DNA of 58,397 nucleotides, counting the filler, from Sphacelaria rigidula (lineage: Eukaryota), in the NCBI GenBank assembly GCA_964200075.2. It is 6 parts of 6 records of this genome, joined end to end, with 100 filler letters (N's around TTAATTAATTAA, not from the genome) between each part and the next. Parts side by side here need not be neighbours in the genome. Positions count along the whole stretch, not along the records: positions 39,000 to 48,648 come from CAXNAA020008037.1; positions 48,749 to 58,397 come from CAXNAA020008038.1; 4 more parts are not named here. One strand, written 5' to 3'. How positions within the stretch are numbered: the first letter of the stretch is position 1; each line of letters starts with the position of its first letter. The position numbers and the translations under genes are program-made. Below the pieces are notes generated by a model that was given only the letters and a program-made list of their open reading frames with translations, was not told where the DNA came from and did no database searches. Below, in pieces: positions 46,180-56,100 of this stretch.

Positions 46180-48340
46180 CGCGAAATCTTCCTCATGGTC
46201 GTCGTCCGCTGCCGACGCCGAGTCCTCCCTCTCGGACCCGCTGCATTCTGAGTCAGAATCTCCGATCCAGATCCCGGCTGCAGAGTTGGACTTGTGTCTG
46301 ACGGGTTCATCTAATCCACCGTCGCTAAAGTAGCCACCGATGGGATCTTGCCCCGGATGCGCCCCCCTATCCCCGGCTCCCCGCCGCCGGGCCAGTAACG
46401 CCCGTCACCATCGGTCACACCAACAGGTGCCCCTGGCGCGTTGCTCGCTCCACTTGCCGCGCCCCTTACGCGTGATGCAGCTGACTCGCCCCTTGCATGC
46501 TTTGCTATTGAGCGGGTTTTCCCATTGCGCGATCGCCCTCGACCACCGTGCCGAAAATCGCCATAGCCTGATCCCGGTTGCGCCGGTCGCCGACAGTCCG
46601 GGCCCGTGCGGCCTTCCTAGCTTCTGTCAGCCACGATTGGACCTCCCCCAGGCTCACTATTCGCCGCGCCTCAAGGTTCGCTATTACTCTCTCGCGTACT
46701 TCTACAACGAAGTCCGGGCCGACAGGCGCAGGATCAGGAGTGAGGTCTCCCGTTGGAGGCGTGGGACAATGCGCACGAGTGGACTTGGTCTTTTGCCTTT
46801 CGCTGTTGCGTCTGTAGCGCTCGAAGGAGGGCAGAAAACAGCCATTCCGGCTGCACAAGCAATCGGAACTAGGTTGGTAGCTCTGCACAAGCACAGCGGA
46901 GCGCGCGCTACTGCCATCCACACACTGGAGGAACACCTCCGCCTCTGCAACCCGCGCGGGACCGAGATGGAGTCAGCTTTTTCCTTCGCCGGGCCCGGGT
47001 CGATGGCACGCCACGCACAGACGCGATGCAGGGTCGTGAGTTTGACCGCAAGAAGGGCACATGTACCACTGGCTTTCGACGACGGGGGTACGTGGTGCCG
47101 CACTCCTCGCGACGACAGACCCGCTTCGGTCGTCGACGGCGGCTGCTTCCGCTGACGGGTTTCGAGTGAGCCGGCGCCGACTGCTCCATCATAAGCTATC
47201 ACGACTTTTGGGAGGCTCCTGTGCACCACTGCGCCGCGTCGTCACCCTCGTTCCATCACCGTGTCGTCGATGCCTACCACAACGACCTTTGGCGGGTGAG
47301 GTTTGCTTTCCCCGATTCCTCATGACATCGCCGCCAGCTCCACTCGTTGGCATGGACGTTACCCACTCGTCTTCACACCCCGCAGCAGATGCGCTGCCGC
47401 CGTCCCTACACCTTCCGGGGATGAGATCAGGCGCAGGATCACAAGAAGCCCTCTTTTTTTTCCGTTTCGATCTTGATCTCGAAGCGTTGGAGGGTGTTGG
47501 TTTTGAGGAGCACGGCGACCCGGGGCGCTTGTTGCGGTTTCCCGAGGTCGTTTGAAAGTCTTCCGGAAACCCAAGCGCAGGATCAAGCGATGCGCTGTGT
47601 GGGGATACGGGTGTTGTAGCCACCCGAGGAGAATGTAATGCCTTCACCGCGTGTTCCTTTGCTCTATCCCTGTGCTGCAACGCAACCTCGTGCTGCTCAG
47701 TCCATGTTCCCCATGCGCTACTCACATTCGGTTGATTGATCATGTTCCTCTTCCGTCTTGACGTTGATACGTGGGCATGCAGAGGTATGCCTGTACCGGA
47801 CCCCGGCGGGGCCCGTCTTTTATTTCTTTTGGCAGGTGGAGTAGAACTCCCCATCTCACAGGATATCCCACCCGTAATTTCTCGGCCTTCGCGAGTTGTC
47901 GTGCCCACGTCGTGGAGGATTGTCGTCGGCGCAGTGGACGCCGATAACTCCCGTGGGTTCACCTCCGACGCACTGGTACTAGATACTGTGTGCGTCGGGT
48001 CTTCCCTGGGCGATCGCCTCTCTACTTTTTCACTCTGCTAGCTCCGCCGGTCGTCGCCCCCACCCACCGCCCCCTCGGTTTGTATGAGTGCACCATCGAC
48101 CGCCGCGCCTGGCGCCCGAGAGTCACAGAACAGTGTGATCACCCTGTGTTTTCCATACGATTGGGGACTTGACTCCTCTCCTCCTGCGTCTTCGTCGCCG
48201 ACATGGCCGCCAGCAATTGTCCTCATGTTTGACATCGACACTGCGGGTTCTACGCCTGTCGGCCCAGAAGTTCTCTCGGCAACATTTGTGGCGCGTGCCG
48301 GGCGGGATGGCAGCCGTAGATACGCAGGTCTTTCACTACC
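46180..48340 (-). pseudogene. Decayed GC-rich coding sequence for a low-complexity protein, unknown family
   Basis: ORFs 48038..48361 and 47189..47962 share a frame separated by one TAG. Protein-like sequence continues after frameshifts in 46908..47192, 46505..46936 (PDFVVEVRERVIANLEARRIVSLGEVQSWL) and an acidic tail (DSDSECSGSEREDSASAADDDHEEDFAF*). Confidence 0.4.
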
Positions 48341-48648
48341 TGCCCGCGTAACATGCAACAACGCGTGTGTGTTTGCAGGAACTTAGTTCTGTGCAATATT
48401 TAACATGTACTGAGTCAGGGTCGGGGCATCTTGTGCGTACATATAAGCCTATATATTTTCCACACACGTTCACGTCCTGCGTTTGGTTTGAAAGTCGCAG
48501 TCATTCTCTCAAAGGAAGCAGTGAGGAGAGTGCGATCATCATCTGCAATAGCTCGGGGGGTTATTCAAATAGTCAATTGAAGATGAGTCATCCTACGATA
48601 GGGGGGGGGGGGATTTGGTTGCAGGAAAAAAGAGGGTCATAAGGGTGT

Positions 48649-48748
48649 NNNNNNNNNNNNNNNNNNNNNNNNNNNNNNNNNNNNNNNNNNNNTTAATTAA
48701 TTAANNNNNNNNNNNNNNNNNNNNNNNNNNNNNNNNNNNNNNNNNNNN
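48649..48748. other. Artificial assembly linker
   Basis: N44-TTAATTAATTAA-N44. Confidence 0.98.
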
Positions 48749-48894
48749 GATCCGCCCCTACAAAGCCGGGACGGAGCACGCCGGGTTCTCGCCGGACCAG
48801 GTTAGGGGTAAGGGGGGGGGTGGACACCCAGCCGTGTGTTCCCTGGATTTTCGCCGAGGCGTTGGCGGATGCGGTCAGCTGCCGTAGATAGTAG

Positions 48895-49145
48895 AGATCT
48901 TTATACATTATATATGATCTGTTATATGTAATATACTATATTTCATATATTATGTGCCATATAATATAGGTCAATATTATAGGTCTATATTACACATATG
49001 CTTCTTTTCCTTACAATATATATTATAATGTATATATTTTTATATTACATAATTATATATATATGAACAAGCGGCAGCATATACTATATTATACAATTAT
49101 ATATTAATATATAGAGATGCTATATAATATATGAAAAAATATGTA
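48895..49145. repeat. Degenerate (TA)n / AT-rich low-complexity tract
   Basis: Strongly AT-rich, with interrupted TATA runs. Confidence 0.8.
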
Positions 49146-49176
49146 AAGGAGCAGAAGCAAAGACTTACCCCGCAAA

Positions 49177-49535
49177 GCACCCCGGTGGTCGACCCGATAC
49201 ATCAGACATTGGCTAATCGGTTAGGGCGGAGTCGTGGGCTTGAATCCCAGCAGAGGACCCACGTGTAGAGCTCATACTCTGAATTAGTCACTACTGTTCA
49301 CCTATTTACACACTATACACTACACGCTTTTTCATCTGTAGCAAGGGCGATCTAATTTCCGTAGTCGAACGCGTGTGATGATCTGAGTAGCGAAAAAAAC
49401 GTGACGAACGTTTACACCAAGAGGGGGTGCTGATCTAATCCGCGATATCAAATTTTCAGGCATACACAGGAGGAGACGGGGGTTGATGTCATGAGACTAG
49501 GGGCTCCTCCCGAGCAAGTGAAGGGTTTAGTGGCG
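49177..49535 (+). mobile_element. Diverged SINE (family B-type core)
   Basis: Head GCACCCCGGTGGTC...GGCTTGAATCCC; core GGGGTGCTGATCTAATCCGCGATATCAAATT...GGGTTGATGTCATGAGACT...CCCGAGCAAGTGAAGGG. Confidence 0.6.
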
Positions 49536-49549
49536 GGGTTTTCTGCCAC

Positions 49550-49834
49550 ACTTTCATCCCCTCCCCTTTCTTATGACAGGTCCGTGGTCTCGGGGGATCA
49601 ATCAACCTATATCGGCCCCAGTACACGCCTTACATTTTGGTTCCTCGCATAGGATTAGCACTTGTCCACCGCATCGACTCCTCTCGAATGAATGTTCGCG
49701 TTTAGCTGGTCACATCCTCACATTTTTAACGTGAAGCACATACTTGGAAAAATTCCAGTTGCATGTGCCGGGATTCAAACCCCCAATCTTCGGCCATACA
49801 AGTTTTAGTTGGACTAGCTGAACCACCCTGGCGC
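49550..49834 (-). mobile_element. Diverged SINE (family B-type core), tail-to-tail with the previous copy
   Basis: Minus-strand head GCGCCAGGGTGGTTCAGCTAGT...GGTTTGAATCCC; the plus-strand body CCCCTCCCCTTTCT...TCCGTGGTCTC...GATCAA matches the other copies. Confidence 0.65.
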
Positions 49835-50200
49835 TCAAAAGTGTGGTGAGGAAAAAAATATAGAAGACGCCTCCGTTCCAAGTGGTGGCGGTCTTTCAAA
49901 AGTTGTGTCGATAATGAGCAGCTACAGTATACCACATTGGAGCGCGGGTTTACCTTTGTTTGCTCCACAGACACTCGAGAAATCCATGCATCACGAGCAA
50001 GTTGAGCTTATCAAAACTCGTGCGGCAGTGTCGCTGCGTGGTTTTCGGGCTGAATTAGAAAATGCAGGTACCCTTGGGCTCCGTTGTGGAACACGTCTTG
50101 GGAATGTGACTCTGTAGGCGATCGTTGCCATGGCCAAAAAGAGGAGGAGTGAACGTGTGCTGTTGAATGCGCCTGCTATTCACCTGGATTATGCTGCCAG

Positions 50201-50917
50201 GGTAACGCACGAACCGGTGGTGGTACCCGAGGTGGTCATGGTGGCAACACCGGCCGTGTGCATCGCGGGGGGCGAAGGGATGGGGCACATCATCGGGACG
50301 CTGGTGGTGCAGCTGGCGGCGGGAGCAACAACATTAGCGCGGGGACCGGCGGCAGCACCGGGGGAGGGGGAAGAGGGGGAGCGGGAAGCATCTCCGACGA
50401 GCAGGCTATTCATGAGTTCACAAAGATGCTCAAGGAAGGAGGTGATCACCCAAGCAATGTGCGGGCTTTGGGAGTGCAGAAAAACTTCGAGAAAGACGGC
50501 AACCATGAACGCTACATACGGCAAGTACGCTTCCACATCAAAGATCGCATGAAGAATATTTCCCCTGCGGGGAGAAGCCCTGGCGCAACAGGTGGAGGGG
50601 CAAGCCCCGTCAATTCCGGAGCCGGAAGGGGTGCAACGCGTGACCCTGGTGGCACAGGGAACCCATGGAGTTACGATGCCAACGGCGCGCCCACGGCGCC
50701 GTCCGGCAGCGGTACGTCTCCTTCCCTCGGCGAGAGCGAGTCCCCGCCGAGTTGGGCGGCGGCGCCTGCGGGCGGCGTAGGACCTGAACATGACTCGACT
50801 AGATACGTAATGGCTGCCAAGTTGGATGGCAGCGGCAGCGGCAGCGGCGGGGGCGGAGGGAATGTTGGTGGGACAGGTAGCGGAGTGGGGGGTGAAAGCA
50901 GGTCTGCCCCTGATCAG
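50201..50917 (+). CDS. WW/polyQ gene exon, Gly-rich with a short helical segment (ISDEQAIHEFTKMLKEGG...YIRQVRFHIK)
   Basis: Open frame, CAG|GTACTT donor; 5' boundary tentative (GCCAG|). Confidence 0.75.
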
Positions 50918-52430
50918 GTACTTGGGGCTACATGTGTTGTCTATCTCACTGCAGGATGGAGGTTTTAATTTGTCGCCTGCATTGCAAAAAATTACCTTCT
51001 AAACCGAGCGTTGGCAGCGTCATGTCGCGGTTCCTCGTTGTGTCATTTATCGTGTCATTTCGTCGGTTGCCAATCTTGCCTGTAATGTGTTTCGTATGGA
51101 TATCCCGCAAACTGGCAGTTGACTGCGTGGAACTTGAGTCCGGAGGTCGCGGCAAAAAACGCTGTGCATGGACTACTCTCTGACACCGGGGAAGACGGTT
51201 CTGTAGCTCTCCAATCTCGGCTTGAGGATCTGAGTATGGACGGCGGGTCAAGGGTGGGGGGTACGGGCATGGGTATGGGCAGCGCTGCTCAGCAGATGAT
51301 GCGCGCAGAGCACCAGCAAGAGCTGGATATGCAGCAGGTATGACTTCATTTTAGTTGGTGCTATCCCTTGCCCCCATCTAACGTGCTTCGAAGATTGGAA
51401 CTTGCTTTCTCCGCAGCAAAGCGAATGAAAAGCTACATGATGAGCATTTTCGTTTGTATTTCACCAGGTTTTCATTGTTTGCGCGCCGAATCCCCCCCTC
51501 GCCCACCCCCCTCACAACTACGTGCTCGATTGTACCCTCACCTACTCGTGGTGTGCATCACCCAGAAACAGTTCGAACAATATCTCCAGCAGCAGCGGCA
51601 GCAACAGCAACAACAACCGCAGCAACAGCAACAACCGGCGGACGTACTGCAGCAACACCCGCCCTCTCCCTTCCCACAGTCCTCGTTAAGCAGAGGAGGG
51701 AGAGGAAACTCTAGACCATTACCAGGACTGAGCTTCATGGATGCTCTCGGGGACCCTCAGCAGCAGCAACAGCAGAACTCGGCACCAGCGACCGCTCCTG
51801 GCCCTTTGGCCCTCTCCGGCCTCAACAGTACGAGCCCACCGCTGAACGCCTGGGATGCGGTGCCACCATCGTGCTCCAACGACCGGTTTTCCCAGGGCCC
51901 GTCCAGTACGTTGACCGGCATGAATATGGTTGGGGGTGCTCCGGCGCCGGACACGAACCAGAGGATTTCGTTGCAGCCGCAAGGACGAAGAGGTGGTGGC
52001 GATAGCAGTGGCGGTCCCCAGGAGCAGTCCACTGCGAAAGATGTGTCGAGGTCGACTCCGCCGTCGTCTCTGCCTTCAACAGATGCTGCGGCGGGTGGTT
52101 GGAAAGAGTATTACGACCCAAAATCAAAGTGTTGCTACTGGAACAACGGGAAAGAGTCGGTGCGTGCTTCTTCTATGCGTATCATGCGTTGAAAGTGTGC
52201 TCTCGTGTCACCCTGTTCGTTCGTTCAGCACTCTACAAGGATATTCCATGTAGGTGAATCCGCCCCGACACCTGCTTTCTTCAAATTTTGTCGACCCCAG
52301 CTACCCTTGCGTTTTGCACTCCCTCATAAATTTGTCTCGTTATTGGGTGCTTGATGGATGCAATACGCTATCTACCTGCAGGTTTGGCACAACCCATACG
52401 CCAGGGAACAACAACAACGACAGCAGCAGC

Positions 52431-52461
<31 letters not shown>

Positions 52462-53094
52462 GCCTACGCAGCCCCAGCCTCAGCCCCAGCCTCAACCTCA
52501 GCCCCAGCCTCAGCTTCAGCCCCAGCAACCTCGTGATACAGGTTGGAGACAGCAGGCTTCTCAAGGAGATGGGGATCAACCAGGAGCCTGGGACATGCAA
52601 AACCGCCAGCCACAGCAGCAGGGCGCCCCGTCATCCTTTCAAGGAAACGACAGCGCCGGCGGCAATGGCTTAGATGGATCGTCGTCGTTTACGCTGTCTA
52701 CTTCCACGGTCCTTGCATCGCAAGCTTCTCGCCCTCTCGTAGGAGTCGGTCAACAAAACCTGCTTGGAATCATGGGGGGGGAAGGGCACCCCCCTGGCGA
52801 GTTTTCCACCGCTTCCGGGGGTGACGTCCCTGGGAGAGGGGGGGCTGGAGGCAGGGGCAGTGTTGCCGAACAACAATCTGGCCCGCAGCAACAGCAGCAG
52901 CAGATGCAGCAGCAGCAGATGCAAATGCAAATGCAAATGCAGATGCGGCAAGGCAGGCGGTGGGGAGACCAACCCCCGCAGAATGATAGCCATGACTACA
53001 GCGGTAACGGTGGTAATACCGGCAACCCTGCGGGTTTGTCGGCGTGGGATAACCCTGCTTCGGGTATAGCGACGCCTGCATCACAGGGAGATGC

Positions 53095-53137
<43 letters not shown>

Positions 53138-56100
53138 GACGGGAAGCCGCTGCAGCATATGCAGGTGTCTGTGCTAGCTGTGCTAGTGTTTTTTCTCACG
53201 AGTATATCGTTGGACACGAAATTGGTTGCAAACCGACGACAAGGACGGTTTCGAAGCCAAATGCCCGTTTCTTACGAAAGATGGCCGCATAATGTGCGTT
53301 CCTATCCGTAACTCCATCTCGACTCGTTCAGCGATTTCATAAAATGGTTCATCCTGCGGTATCATCTTGGTCCTTGAGTGAGCAAAGCAGACATATCCCA
53401 CAATTTTTCCCGGCACCGTATCCCGCCCTTACAATCGTGTTCCTCGAAATTGACTTTAGCATCCACCTGAGCAGCTCGGACCAGGGCAGCCGCCGAGAGG
53501 AGCGGCACCACGTGCCCCTGCCGCTGGTCTTCCGGGCGATGGCGGATCCAGCGATGGCTGGGGCGCGTCACTGCCCGACCAGCGGGAACAACACATCCAG
53601 CAGCATGGAACGCAGGGATCGCAGCAGCCTGCTTTAGACCCTACTGGAGCGGCCACTCGGAACAACTCACAGGTACAGTATTGCCCCAAAAAAAGATACA
53701 AAATCGAAACAGAATCTGACCGTTTTTCCCTCTAGTGCGCACTGCTCCAGCGCACAGGATCAGATATAGCGACGTGGAACTATTGACTGTGGTTCGCACA
53801 GCATATGAGCGCAGTTTCAGCGCCTCGCACCGGCTACAGCGCGCGTAGGGCCGTGCGTCATGAACTGCGCAGTTCTACAGGCTGTATGCCGATCGGTACA
53901 CTACAGATGGTCATGGTCCAGAAAGGGTCGCAGTACAGACCGGTGTCAGTTTGCTATCACATCGGCCGCCCAGCCCTTCAACATGTCTAAGTTTGTGCAT
54001 CTGCGCTTGCATAATGCATTCGCCTGTAGTGTGCGAAGTCTAGGCTGCTGTATAGCCGATTTGAGGGCGCATAGACGGCATTCCCCTAAATCGCTTGTGG
54101 TCATGTTGTAGGAAAGTCTGGGGCCTCTCGCGGATGCTTCGCGCATACGCTGTCTGTGTTGTGTCCGACTAGTGTGCAAAGTTTCATGATGAAACGCGCA
54201 GTCGCAGGCGAGAAATCCACGAGCAAAGCTGCACTGGAAATTTGGACTTCACCGTAGGAAAGTATCCACGTAACCATGAGATGCGGTTACGCCCTGGTTA
54301 CGCCGCATATCAGACGCGGTTACGCAGTATTACGGTACGAGTACTGTCTGTAGACCGTACAGCACATCAGCGTATTGTACTGCACTTTACATTGGCCATG
54401 ATAAAGTTTTCACACTTCAAATCCATCAGCTGCGCCGCTAAACATGCATGCACACGATCTTGCTGTTCTCGTTTTCTTTTTGAGATGTTTTTTTTCAGGC
54501 GGATTGCACTCTCCATATACTACGCCCTAGGCGTGGTGATGCGCTGGAACGCGAAGCGTTGTCGCCGCCTATCGTCGTACCATGGGGCCCGCAAGGCACC
54601 CGTACCGAGAAACACCATGCACACCACCGAACGCGGGACATGATCACGTTCTCAGCCTCCAAATTGTGTCGACGATCCAGCCTTGAACATACTTTTCAGA
54701 TATGTCGCGTGTTGGGCCGTAGGTCCTCCCTCTGGGGCACGGCGCTCGTGTGGACCACACCTACTTCGCGGATGATCCCAGCTGATAATTTATCCAATGA
54801 CTCTTGTATGCAAAAATCGGCACACATTTGACTTTTTTTTCTTTTGGCGCAACACTGTGTAGTGATTCGTAAATGTCATTGGTCGACGCTGTAGTTTTAT
54901 TTGTCCGAATAAACATTGACCCGTTCTGCACGAGAGGAGATGACGCCTGTTGAATCCTTTGTGCTTGGACGCATTTTGAATTCCTGTGACAGGCGCTAGG
55001 ATGGGTATGTACTTACACGGCGCTTTCAGGTCCTTCATCGTTTGCATGCCCTTCCGTTCCCGCCTGTGTCGAAGGTACAACAACTCAGTCCCCTTCTGAC
55101 GCAATAATATCTGTACCCGCACTACAACTGCAACACTCCATAATCACGTGCATATATCATACACACTCCACAGACCGGTTTTAACGCGGGCTCGGAACAA
55201 CATCAACCCTACCAACAGCAGCACCAGCAACGAGCTCCTGCAGGAGGTAGCGGCGACGTCCCCCTTGGCTCTGCCGGCCCCGTCGGCACCGGTCGCGGCC
55301 CTAGCCCAGGAGCCGCGCAAGCCCTCCATGCAAAACAAACCCAGGCAGTCGCTGAGCATCTGCGCCAGGCCCAGCAGCAAAAGCAACGAGAGCAGCAGCA
55401 TGGAGGTGGTGCACCCGGTGGTAACTTGGAACAGCACCACCGGCATCACCAGCACGGTGAGCGCGCAACACGACCCGGTGGCCCTGGTGCAGGCCAGGGG
55501 TGGGGAAACAACAGGGCGACAAGGCCGGTTACGGGGGACAGCCCAGCGGGGGCTGCTGGTGGACAGCGACAAGCGGGCGGGACGGAAGCTGCTGGCCGTG
55601 CCGGAGACGGAGCGACGGCGGGTCGAGGGATGGATGAAGCGGGCGATGTAGACGAGAAGGGGAACAAGCCGGGTTCTCGGTTCCCCCCCAAGAGGACTGT
55701 GAGAAATCAGGTCTGGGTCCTTGATTTGTTTATTGTGTTTGAGGGTAGAGTGGTGACGTGGCGCGTAGGGAGTGTAGCCGAACACTCAACTTTTAAGCAC
55801 ATGTAGCACATATAGGGATGCATTTGTCACGAGTGAAACGTGAACATGCGTCCCGTAATTATAGATGGCAGTGGCATCCCGTTCGTTGCCTGCTTTATTT
55901 ACATCTGTATGTTACTAACTCCTGTCGACAACACGTCACCTCCAAAGATGCTCATCGAAAAAATCGGCACGCAATATGTTGATACTGGGTTGTAAGCAAT
56001 GCAAAACACACGCGTGCGCATACACGATAGTTGCGTGTGTTTTTTTCCTCTCGGAACTCTCTTCCCCCCCCCCCCACTCCTCGTAACGACTTCGCGGTCT

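Noticed and set aside
46340..47155. 271-aa plus-strand ORF
   Set aside because: Shadow of GC-rich minus-strand decayed coding sequence; no domain recognised.
53718..54250. Possible intronic TIR element
   Set aside because: Inverted similarity is too weak to define ends.
55144..55785. Overlapping ORFs 55148..55651 (+) and 55144..55785 (-), and 57947..58249 (-)
   Set aside because: Alternative-frame or antisense shadows of real exons whose frame is fixed by splice phase.
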